The notes under the pieces are model-generated. The model was not told where the DNA came from, made no database searches, and saw only the letters and a list, made by a program, of their open reading frames with translations. Positions 36,773 to 45,235 of a stretch of DNA of 64,000 nucleotides are shown in pieces; positions within the stretch are counted from its first letter, which is position 1; each line of letters starts with the position of its first letter. Location of the stretch: NCBI GenBank assembly GCA_965232515.1, contig CBDDPY010000002.1, forward strand, positions 5,632,001 to 5,696,000, read 5' to 3'. This DNA comes from Alphaproteobacteria bacterium. Lineage in GTDB: Bacteria; Pseudomonadota; Alphaproteobacteria; GCA-2731375. A program made the translations under genes and the position numbers.

Positions 36773-38275
36773 ATGCCTACACCAATCACAGCCTCAATGC
36801 TCTACGATTTGGTCTCATGCCCGCATCGGGTGACCATGGACATCTTTGCCGATCCGGCTGAACGCGACGCGCCAAACGCGTTTGTCGAACTTCTGTGGGA
36901 GAAGGGTTCGATCTACGAGAAGGAGGTCATTGAAGGGCTGGAAGTGCCCCTCACCGATCTCTCCATGTACGCCGGTGACGAAAAAGAGCGGCTAACTCTT
37001 GAGGCCATGGTGCGAGGTGACCCGCTGATTTACGGTGCCCGTATCCAGGCCGAAGGTTTGCTTGGAGATCCCGATCTACTTCGCAATGAGGGTTACGGCT
37101 ATATCGCCGGTGACATCAAATCTGGATCGGGCGAAGAGGGTCCTGAGGACCATTCAAAGCCCAAGAAGCACTATGCTGTGCAACTCGGCCTCTACACAGA
37201 CATTCTGGAACGTAAGGGCCTTTCTGCCGGTAAGCGCGCGTTTATCTGGGATATCAATGGTGACGAGGTCACCTACGATTTCACGGAGCTTCACGGCAAG
37301 AGGAACCCGCGCACGCTCTGGCAAGATTATCAGGACTGCCTTTCTGAAGCAGATGAAATTGTCGAACAGTCCACGGAGACGCTTGCCGCCTACAGTGGCA
37401 TCTGCAAGCTCTGCCACTGGTACAGCGCTTGCGTCTCGCGCTTGAGCGAAGCAAACGATCTTACCTTGATCCCTGAGCTAGGCCGGTCGAAACGCGACGT
37501 ATTGCGGGACCGCGTCAAAACTATCCGAGAGCTCGCGGACGCCGATCCCTGTGATTTTCTGGATGGCAAGAAAACGGTCTTTCCCGGAATTGGTCCTGCC
37601 ACTCTGGAGAAGCTTCATGCCCGCGCGAAGCTGATTACTTCCGGGAAAAAGGCAAAGCCCTACCTACGTGAGCCCGTAACGCTGCCAGTTGCTGACCTGG
37701 AGCTATACTTCGATATCGAAGTCGATCCTATGCGGGACATCTGTTACCTGCACGGCTTTGTTGAGCGGCAAGACGGTAACAACGATTCAGAGCGATTTGT
37801 TGCCTTTTTTGCGGAGGAGCCATCCGAAGAGGCCGAAAAGAAGGCTTTCCAGGATGCTTGGCGCTACATGCAGGAGAGCCAGCCTTGCGTGATTTATTAC
37901 TACTCAAAATATGAGCGAACGATCTATCGAAAGCTTCGTGAGAAATATCCCGATGTTTGTACTGAAGACCAGCTAGAGGCTCTGTTTGATCCCAATCGAG
38001 CCATAGACCTGTATTTTGACGTGGTGCTCAAGGCTACGGAGTGGCCTACACGAGATTTCTCTATCAAGACGCTCGCGAAATATCTTGGTTTTGACTGGCG
38101 CGACACACACCCGTCCGGTGCGGCTTCCATTGAATGGTTTCATAGATGGGTAGAAACGGGCGATACGACGATCCGCCAACGTATTCTTGACTACAACGAA
38201 GATGATTGCCGTGCGACGCGCGTTCTGCGCGACGCCATCGACGGCCTTGCCCGAATGCCGGAGGAGGCCGCATGA
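36773..38275 (+). CDS. TM0106-family RecB/Cas4-like nuclease with C-terminal RNase H-like domain
   Basis: SCPH, GDPDLL, DIKSG, QLGLY, CKLCHW..C, HhH-like GIGP, YFDIE, YNEDDC. Confidence 0.9.
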   Translation: MPTPITASMLYDLVSCPHRVTMDIFADPAERDAPNAFVELLWEKGSIYEKEVIEGLEVPLTDLSMYAGDEKERLTLEAMVRGDPLIYGARIQAEGLLGDPDLLRNEGYGYIAGDIKSGSGEEGPEDHSKPKKHYAVQLGLYTDILERKGLSAGKRAFIWDINGDEVTYDFTELHGKRNPRTLWQDYQDCLSEADEIVEQSTETLAAYSGICKLCHWYSACVSRLSEANDLTLIPELGRSKRDVLRDRVKTIRELADADPCDFLDGKKTVFPGIGPATLEKLHARAKLITSGKKAKPYLREPVTLPVADLELYFDIEVDPMRDICYLHGFVERQDGNNDSERFVAFFAEEPSEEAEKKAFQDAWRYMQESQPCVIYYYSKYERTIYRKLREKYPDVCTEDQLEALFDPNRAIDLYFDVVLKATEWPTRDFSIKTLAKYLGFDWRDTHPSGAASIEWFHRWVETGDTTIRQRILDYNEDDCRATRVLRDAIDGLARMPEEAA

Positions 38276-39504
38276 CCAACTCGCAGCCCAAGCAGGATGC
38301 ACAAAAGACGCTCTCAGACCTGAGGGATCATCTCGCCCGCCACGACAAACCAATAGCATTCTTTTTCGGTGCGGGAACCTCCTGCGCGGTTAGGGTCCCC
38401 CACCCGGTTGATAAAGACAAGACGCTGCCGTTGATACCTGCCGTCGCTGGACTGACAAAGATTTGCCAAGAAGAAGCGAGTGGGTTAGGCGAGAAATACA
38501 AAAATGCCTGGACCTCGATTGAGACCAATTGCAAGGAAATCGGGCAAGACCCGAACGTCGAAAACATACTCTCTCGCCTGCGCATGATGCTGAGTGCCGT
38601 CGGTAACACCGATACCTTGTCCGGCCTGAAGAGAGATGAGATTGAAACACTTGAGGAGTCTGTTCGGAAGACAATAGCGAAGGTTGTCACGCCTGACCTG
38701 GACGTTGTTCCGAATGACCATCCCCACCGGAAGTTTGCGCGATGGCTTGCAAAAACATCACGCCAGAACCCGGTCGAGATATTTACCGTGAACTATGATG
38801 TGCTCATTGAGCACGCTCTTGAGGCTGAACGCATTCCAGTTTTTGACGGCTTCGTCGGCAGCTATCAACCCTTTTTTCACTCCGATAGCCTTCGCAGGCT
38901 TGAATCTGCGCCTGGTGTTAACTGGACTCGGCTCTGGAAGATGCATGGCTCTGTCACTTGGCGTCGTATTGAGAAAGACAACCGCTTTCGTGTTGTGAGG
39001 GGCGAACCCGACACGGGCGGAGAAATGATTTATCCATCGTTTGAGAAATACGATGAGTCTCGCCAGCAGCCATATTCCGCCTTTACAGACCGCTTGAGCC
39101 GCTTCCTCGAGCAAGATGATGCACTTCTGATCGTCGCCGGCTTTAGCTTTGGCGACGAACACATAAACAACCTTGTTTTTGGAGCCCTGGAAAACAGGCT
39201 AAGGACACACGTCTACGCCCTTCAGTTTGATGAGCTGCCGGACGATAACGACCTGATCAAGCGTGCGGTCCAGCGGCCAAACATGATTGTGATGGGACCT
39301 AAGACCGGAATTATTGGCGGTCGTCGCGGAGCATGGGCACCTGTCGAAAGCCCGGAATCCATGGGAGTCGCGTTCGAGTTAATAGACTTTGATGCCGCGG
39401 AAGAAAGCGAGGGAGGAGGAGGTGAAGACGCCAAGTCGGGCTTAATGAAGATCGGTGGCTTTGGCTCATTCTGCGATTTTCTTGAATCTATGACAGCGAG
39501 CTAG
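38272..39504 (+). CDS. SIR2-like NADase domain protein
   Basis: FFFGAGTS, FTVNYD, KMHGS, GFSFGDEHIN; ATGA overlap with the TM0106 gene. Confidence 0.92.
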   Translation: MTNSQPKQDAQKTLSDLRDHLARHDKPIAFFFGAGTSCAVRVPHPVDKDKTLPLIPAVAGLTKICQEEASGLGEKYKNAWTSIETNCKEIGQDPNVENILSRLRMMLSAVGNTDTLSGLKRDEIETLEESVRKTIAKVVTPDLDVVPNDHPHRKFARWLAKTSRQNPVEIFTVNYDVLIEHALEAERIPVFDGFVGSYQPFFHSDSLRRLESAPGVNWTRLWKMHGSVTWRRIEKDNRFRVVRGEPDTGGEMIYPSFEKYDESRQQPYSAFTDRLSRFLEQDDALLIVAGFSFGDEHINNLVFGALENRLRTHVYALQFDELPDDNDLIKRAVQRPNMIVMGPKTGIIGGRRGAWAPVESPESMGVAFELIDFDAAEESEGGGGEDAKSGLMKIGGFGSFCDFLESMTAS

Positions 39505-39510
39505 ACCACT

Positions 39511-41382
39511 ATGCCGCTCGCTGACCCTACATATATTGGCCAAGTCGCTTCCGTCACGGGGGCCGTTGTCCGCGTACGTCTTCGTGAGGACATGCCGTCA
39601 ACGCTGGTCATGATCGGCGGTGAATCCTATCGTGTGGGACAGATTGGCGGATTCTTCCGCGTCCCTCTTGGTTACGCCAACCTCTACGCAGTTTGCACTC
39701 AAATCGGCGCAGACGCCGCCCCTCCCGGCAGCGCTGAGGAAACTTTCGGAGCAGCACTGGAAACCGAGACCCAGGCGCGCCTCTCGGGCTTTCGCTGGAT
39801 GACGATTGTCTTATTTGGCGAAGGACTTGGCACCGAATTTGAGCGCGGCGTCGGTCAATATCCGACCGTTGGGGACGAAGTGCACCTTGTCACCAATGAT
39901 GACCTCAAGATCATCTATGGCTGGGCGAAAGGAAAAAAAGGCACGATCTCTGTCGGGCAGATAGCTGCCACATCAGGCATATCAGCCGATGTCAGTGTAG
40001 CCGGACTTGTCAGCCGCCACAGCGCGATCGTTGGTTCTACCGGTGCAGGCAAATCGAACCTCGTCACCGTTCTCATGGAAACGGTTTCTGATGGAAGCCT
40101 GCCCAACGCCCGTGCGATCGTGATTGATCCTCACGGGGAGTACGCGACTGCACTAGGCGATAGAGCAAGAGTGTTTCGTATCAGGCCCGACGAAAAAGCA
40201 GGAGAAAGACCATTATGGGTCCCATTTTGGGCGCTGCCCTTTTCGGAACTTCAGCTGCTTACACTTGGCGGACTCCAACCCAACCACGAAGCTGCGATAC
40301 GCGATCAAGTCCTCGACATGAAGACGGCGGCTGCCGAGCGCCTAGCTATTCCTCCACCGCCTGAGACACTTACAGCGGACTCGCCCGTTCCGTTCAGCAT
40401 CAACAAGCTCTGGTACGACCTTGACTGCTTCGAACGTGTTACGTTTCGAGCAACTGGCAATCAGCAGACAGAGGATCAGGCCTACCCACCAGACGAAGTT
40501 GGGGACGCCAGTCAACTCAGACCTGACCGTTATCCCGCTGCTAGTCCCTATAACGAGGCTCCTTACAAGAACCAGCGAAAGCGGAACCTTGAACGCCACC
40601 TAGACTTGATGCGGAGCAGATTGAAGGACAGCCGGTTTTCCTTCCTTTTTTCACCCGGCGGTGGTTATGAGCCCAATCTGAATGGTGAAATACAAAACGA
40701 TCTGGATGCATTGGTTCGAGAATGGGTTGGCCACGAAAAGCCGATAACAATTTTTGATGTTTCGGGACTTCCGTCCGAAGTGCTCCCGACAATTGTCGGC
40801 ACCATGCTTCGCGTGGTTTACGACACGTTGTTCTGGGCACAGGATTTGCCGATAGGCGGACGGCAGCAGCCGCTCCTTGTCGTTCTAGACGAAGCCCACC
40901 GCTTTGTTCCAGAAGGGGAGGATTCTTCCGCTCATCGCACCCTGTCCACGATTGCGAAAGAAGGCCGTAAATACGGGACAGGCCTCATGTTCGTGACGCA
41001 GCGGCCGTCCGAAATTGATAGCGCCGTGTTGAGCCAGTGCGGTTCACTTATTGCTTTGCGGATAACCAACTCATCAGATCGTAGCAAGGTCAGCGCCGCA
41101 ATACCGGATGACCTTGGCGGGCTAATTGAGCAGCTACCCTCGTTACGAACTGGGGAAGGAATCTTTCTCGGTGAAGTTATGCCTATCCCTTCGCGCGTGC
41201 GGGTGCGCAAGGCGACGGAAAAGCCTGTTGGAGATGACCCCAAACTTCCTGACGTATGGCAAGTGGAAGAACGCCCTGACGGGGGCCTCTACTCCCGTGC
41301 TCTGGCGAACTGGCGTGCGCAATCTACATCCGTGCAGATGGAGAAAAATGGAAACGAAGGGGAGGAACCTGACAATGCCTGA
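39511..41382 (+). CDS. HerA/FtsK-like ATPase (DUF87)
   Basis: HAS barrel, GSTGAGKS, IDPHGEY, LDEAHRF, KEGRKYG, TQRPSE. Confidence 0.93.
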   Translation: MPLADPTYIGQVASVTGAVVRVRLREDMPSTLVMIGGESYRVGQIGGFFRVPLGYANLYAVCTQIGADAAPPGSAEETFGAALETETQARLSGFRWMTIVLFGEGLGTEFERGVGQYPTVGDEVHLVTNDDLKIIYGWAKGKKGTISVGQIAATSGISADVSVAGLVSRHSAIVGSTGAGKSNLVTVLMETVSDGSLPNARAIVIDPHGEYATALGDRARVFRIRPDEKAGERPLWVPFWALPFSELQLLTLGGLQPNHEAAIRDQVLDMKTAAAERLAIPPPPETLTADSPVPFSINKLWYDLDCFERVTFRATGNQQTEDQAYPPDEVGDASQLRPDRYPAASPYNEAPYKNQRKRNLERHLDLMRSRLKDSRFSFLFSPGGGYEPNLNGEIQNDLDALVREWVGHEKPITIFDVSGLPSEVLPTIVGTMLRVVYDTLFWAQDLPIGGRQQPLLVVLDEAHRFVPEGEDSSAHRTLSTIAKEGRKYGTGLMFVTQRPSEIDSAVLSQCGSLIALRITNSSDRSKVSAAIPDDLGGLIEQLPSLRTGEGIFLGEVMPIPSRVRVRKATEKPVGDDPKLPDVWQVEERPDGGLYSRALANWRAQSTSVQMEKNGNEGEEPDNA

Positions 41383-41590
41383 AATGCATTTGGTTGACTC
41401 ATCAAATATTGAAGCCATCGGTTTTGATCCTGACAATCAGGAACTACATGTGCGGTTTCTGAAGTCGGGTGAAACTTACGTTTACTACGGCGTTGAGGAC
41501 TGGGTTTTTCAGGAATTTTTGCAAGCAGATTCCAAAGGTACTTATCTCAACACCAACATTAAAGACCGCTACCAGTACGGTAAGCTGTGA
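41375..41590 (+). CDS. KTSC domain protein
   Basis: VDSSNIEAIGFD..LHVRF..G.TY.YYGV..F..ADSKGTYLN..IK; 71 aa, GGAGG RBS, overlaps the HerA stop. Confidence 0.9.
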   Translation: MPEMHLVDSSNIEAIGFDPDNQELHVRFLKSGETYVYYGVEDWVFQEFLQADSKGTYLNTNIKDRYQYGKL

Positions 41591-41653
41591 ACCAAAGTCT
41601 GTAAGCTCGTTTTCGTGCGTCCGACATGGCTGTACCCGGTTCTGCTAGCCCGC

Positions 41654-42706
41654 TTACGTCCTTGCATACCAAGTCCCTTTCCTCTTGCCATGCTGGGAAA
41701 GATGATTGGCACTCACCAGTGTTTGCAGGTGTTTCTTGACCGTGTTGCGGTTCGCGCCGGTGGCGGTGACGATCTGGCCGATCGTGATTTTTCCGTGCGC
41801 CCTCGCCAGTTCGAGGATTTCAAGCGACAGGTCCGGCAGGCTATCGACCATAATCCGCTCGCGCTCGATTTTCCGGGCCAACCGGTTTTTTTGCTCTTGC
41901 AAGGCGCGCAGGAAATACGCAACCCACGGCTCCCATTCGGGTCTATCGCTGCGGATGGTGCCTTGCGTCTGCCGTAGGGCGAGGTAGTACCCCTCCTTGG
42001 TCTGCTCGATCACGCTTTCCAGCGAGCTATAAGGCACATAGCCATAGCCGCAACGCAGCAGGAGCAGCGTTGTTAAAATGCGCGACAGCCTGCCGTTGCC
42101 GTCCTGAAACGGGTGGATTTCCAAAAAAACTACCGTAAACACAGCGATCACGAGCAGCGGGTGCAGGCGGCCTTCTGCCAGTGCGGTACGGGTCCAGTCC
42201 ACGAGCTCAGCCATAAGCCGGGGCGTATCGAACGGTGTGGCGGTTTCAAACACCACTCCAATCTCCTTTCCGACGTCATCAATAGCGGTGACATGATTGG
42301 TGGTGGTTTTGTATGCGCCGCGGTGTCGTTCGTCCTTGGCGCTGTGGATGAGCAGATCGCGGTGCAGTTGCAGGATATGGTTTTCGGTTATCTCGATTGC
42401 TTCGGCACTTGCGAAAACCGTTTCCATGACTTCCGCATACCCGGCCACTTCCTGTTCGTCGCGTGTCTCGAACGCCTTGATTTCGAGGTTAGATAAAAGC
42501 CGCTCAACTTCGCGGTCGGACAGCTTGCTTCCCTCGATCCGCGTGGAGGATCCGATACTTTCGATGGTGGCGACCCGGCGCAGCGCTGACAGCCGCTCAG
42601 GGGCCAGCGTGCCGAGGGCCTTCCATGCGCCCTTGAACTCGTCCAGCTCGGCAATGAGGGAGAGGATTTCAGGGGTGATCGTCAAGGTATCGGTGTTTAA
42701 GCTCAT
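41654..42706 (-). CDS. Fic family protein with C-terminal winged HTH
   Basis: Canonical HPFQDGNGRLSR motif, inhibitory-type STRIEG, C-terminal HTH. Confidence 0.93.
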   Translation of the reverse strand: MSLNTDTLTITPEILSLIAELDEFKGAWKALGTLAPERLSALRRVATIESIGSSTRIEGSKLSDREVERLLSNLEIKAFETRDEQEVAGYAEVMETVFASAEAIEITENHILQLHRDLLIHSAKDERHRGAYKTTTNHVTAIDDVGKEIGVVFETATPFDTPRLMAELVDWTRTALAEGRLHPLLVIAVFTVVFLEIHPFQDGNGRLSRILTTLLLLRCGYGYVPYSSLESVIEQTKEGYYLALRQTQGTIRSDRPEWEPWVAYFLRALQEQKNRLARKIERERIMVDSLPDLSLEILELARAHGKITIGQIVTATGANRNTVKKHLQTLVSANHLSQHGKRKGTWYART

Positions 42707-42789
42707 ACCCAAAAATATACCCAAAAATATCCATAAATTCAAGATTCGGGGCCTGATACCCGAAAATACACCCATAAATATCCAAAAAC
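42705..42789. repeat. Two triplets of 10-12-bp direct repeats at the fic start
   Basis: ATACCCAAAAAT ATACCCAAAAAT ATCCATAAAT and ATACCCGAAAAT ACACCCATAAAT ATCCAAAAAC. Confidence 0.75.
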
Positions 42790-43140
42790 TGTGGATGCCT
42801 CCCCCGCTAATCGCGGGGGCCGTGCTCTATTCCGCTAAGCTCGTTCCTCGCCAAGCTCCACGGAGCCATCGAAGATGTCTCCGCCCATACGGGTAACGAT
42901 CACTGGCGCAAGACAGTGGACAGCTTCGCGAGGGTGTTCTCGTTTCCGCGCTCAAAAGTAGCGCTCCCGCGGGACCACCGGGAACCCCGCTCAAGCTGAT
43001 CGCCGCTTCCCGCCACATTCTGTAGCTCCTTGCAGGCTATCTCGTTTTTGAAGAGCCGTTTCAAACCCTTCCAAAGCAACATTGGGGTAGTGAGCAAGCG
43101 CCACGGGCGGTGATTATTCGGCCCGGTTTATTGTCGGCCT

Positions 43141-43185
43141 GGAATGAAAACGGCCTCGGGGCGGGGCGAAGGCCGTTTTCATCCC
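43141..43185. terminator. Inverted repeat downstream of the relaxase gene
   Basis: atgaaaacggcct-N13-aggccgttttcat. Confidence 0.55.
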
Positions 43186-43253
43186 ATTCCGAAGCAACAA
43201 ACCTCACACCATGAATGTGGTGGAAAGGTTTTCAAGTCGCTAATCAAACGCTT

Positions 43254-44555
43254 CTATTGCTCAAACTCGAACTTTGTACAGAGGCTGATTGCTCTTTCTC
43301 TTTCCTCATTCACTTTCCGCACGCTTTCATTGCTTGCGCTTGGATCAGACCCCATTGCAGCGTATTCCGAGAGCTGCGCATAGAGGTTATCCAGTTGAGA
43401 GCCGTAGTTCGCTTTGGCCGATTCAAGACGTTGTTGCAGTTTTTGTCGGTGTAGGCGTTGCCGATCTTCAAGCGCCTGTTGCTCCTGTCCGTCCCGTTGT
43501 AGACAGCGCTGTGCGGCAAAATCATTTTCTTTGGCAATCAGAGCATGTTTGCCTGTAATGCGGTGCCATAAACCTCTTAGGCCCTCTGAAAACCGAGCCG
43601 CACGTTCGGCCGCTTCCGCTTGCCAGCGCTCATCCTGTTGCGCTTTGAGAGTTTCGCGCTCCTGCCGATGACGCTGCGTCATTTCTGCTCGCTGCGATTC
43701 AAAAGCGCGCAAATCTTCTTTTGCGGCCTGTGTGACTTCCGCAACATATTTCTCAAGCTTTGGCGTCATGCGTTTGGCTGCCTTCGCCTGGACAGCTTCA
43801 ACACTTGGCAAATCTTGAGGTTCGCCAAGACGCTGCGCCAGTTCGTTGGATTTGACCCCCGACCAGCGGGAGAGCGAGTAAATGTTGCCTTCGTAATCGA
43901 CGCAGACAAATCCCCGCCTATCGCCTTGCGCCAAGAACAGCCCTGATCGCTCCAGCGCTGCCTCAAAGGATTGGCGATTGTCGCTGCAATTCCAGCTTGC
44001 CTTGACATGCTGCTTAAGATGTTTCGGCTGACGTTTGCCGCGTTTGGCCTCCTGATATTCTTCATAAGTGTAGTTCATGGGATCGGACTCCTGACCTTCA
44101 ATAAATCCGGCTGGAATTTCCCACCCGTGTTGAATGAAGAGGTCCAGCGCCAGGCCGTTCAGCTTGCGCTTGGGGTAATCCAGCTTGATAGCCTTCATGG
44201 TTTCGAGACTTATGCGTGACCACACAGCATGAGCATGGGTACGGCCTTCTTTGGTGTGCAGAACAATCGCTCGGCTTTGCCCGTTCAGCCCAAGGGTCAT
44301 TTCCGCCCGGTTAACCGCATCTATGAAATCCTGCCGAGAAACGTCGGCATCGGCGGGCGGGTTGAGACTGAGCGAGTAAAGATACTTCTTGCACTTCGTC
44401 GAGCGGCTAATTGCCTGTACCTCTAGAAATGCATCCATAAGCGTATCGGCGGCAAACCCGCGCATCTCGAGGATTTCGATATGCTCGTTTTCATCCTTCA
44501 TTAGATGAAGGGCGGACTCTGCAGCATTGCCCCTGATGTTGCCGACAAGGTTCAT
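43254..44555 (-). CDS. Relaxase / mobilization nuclease (MOB-P/VirD2-like)
   Basis: LYSLSLNPP, VLHTKEGRTHAHAVWSRI (3H motif), LA.GDRRGFV; C-terminal coiled coil. Confidence 0.88.
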   Translation of the reverse strand: MNLVGNIRGNAAESALHLMKDENEHIEILEMRGFAADTLMDAFLEVQAISRSTKCKKYLYSLSLNPPADADVSRQDFIDAVNRAEMTLGLNGQSRAIVLHTKEGRTHAHAVWSRISLETMKAIKLDYPKRKLNGLALDLFIQHGWEIPAGFIEGQESDPMNYTYEEYQEAKRGKRQPKHLKQHVKASWNCSDNRQSFEAALERSGLFLAQGDRRGFVCVDYEGNIYSLSRWSGVKSNELAQRLGEPQDLPSVEAVQAKAAKRMTPKLEKYVAEVTQAAKEDLRAFESQRAEMTQRHRQERETLKAQQDERWQAEAAERAARFSEGLRGLWHRITGKHALIAKENDFAAQRCLQRDGQEQQALEDRQRLHRQKLQQRLESAKANYGSQLDNLYAQLSEYAAMGSDPSASNESVRKVNEERERAISLCTKFEFEQ

Positions 44556-44559
44556 GACG

Positions 44560-44982
44560 CTATCGGCGCAAACCAAGCGCCCGAACAAGCATCAAACGCA
44601 TTTCGCTTACGTGCTCACAGGCTTGCATGAGTTCCCGGCATACTTCTGGCGTCACAGGCAAAGCGCCGGAGTTTGCGGCCTTGGCGAGTTGATTGAGGTT
44701 GCTTGAAAGGCGGGATTGCCCGAGCATCCCCAACGCCTTTGCGAGCGATTTCGCATCGGCCACCGGGCGGGCGTTTCTTGATCGCAATGATCCATCGTCT
44801 TCAAAAAGGAGGCTACGGACATGCACGCCGAGCGGCTTGCCTTTGGCGTCCTCTTGGAGCCGTTTACGCTGCTGGTTCGTTAGGCGAATCGAGAACGGGT
44901 AGGTCTGTTTCCTCTTTTGTGCGGGGCTGGGCGCGCACGCATGCGCCCACACCCCGGCGAGGCCGGGTGTGTCCTTCGGCAT
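44560..44982 (-). CDS. mobC: MobC-like relaxosome accessory protein
   Basis: RHH-like PFSIRLT..R.RL and SNLNQLAKAANSG; directly upstream of the relaxase. Confidence 0.82.
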   Translation of the reverse strand: MPKDTPGLAGVWAHACAPSPAQKRKQTYPFSIRLTNQQRKRLQEDAKGKPLGVHVRSLLFEDDGSLRSRNARPVADAKSLAKALGMLGQSRLSSNLNQLAKAANSGALPVTPEVCRELMQACEHVSEMRLMLVRALGLRR

Positions 44983-45048
44983 TGAAGACTCCTGTTATGT
45001 TGAATGATTTCCACAACAGGATAAGAGGCGAGGCTTGCCCACACCCAT

Positions 45049-45058
45049 CATATCCTGC
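45049..45058 (+). other. Putative oriT nic site (CATATCCTG^C)
   Basis: Matches the YATCCTG^Y core of RP4-type oriT and T-DNA borders; lies upstream of mobC. Confidence 0.55.
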
Positions 45059-45108
45059 GACTTGCGCAGGATTTGAACCTGCGACGTGCAGGTTAAGTTG
45101 ATTGCACT

Positions 45109-45120
45109 CCCCCGCAACCA
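45109..45120 (+). repeat. attR (duplicated tRNA-fMet 3' end)
   Basis: CCCCCGCAACCA identical to 15455-15466. Confidence 0.9.
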
Positions 45121-45130
45121 CCGAAAATCG

Positions 45131-45167
45131 ACGCCCCGGCGCATCCGCGCCGGGGCGTTAGTTGTTG
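45131..45167 (+). terminator. Hairpin terminator, probably the displaced rRNA-operon terminator
   Basis: acgccccggcgc-atcc-gcgccggggcgt followed by tagttgttg, 10 bp after attR. Confidence 0.7.
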
Positions 45168-45235
45168 CGGTCCTTGCCGCGGATCGGTCGTGCGCCAAAG
45201 GTAATAGGGTCGGGGGCTTGGCGTGCGGCGGTTGG

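Noticed and set aside
41654-42706. VbhT/Bep-like T4SS-secreted Fic effector
   Set aside because: The C-terminus is an HTH rather than a BID-like domain, and an internal inhibitory motif is present.
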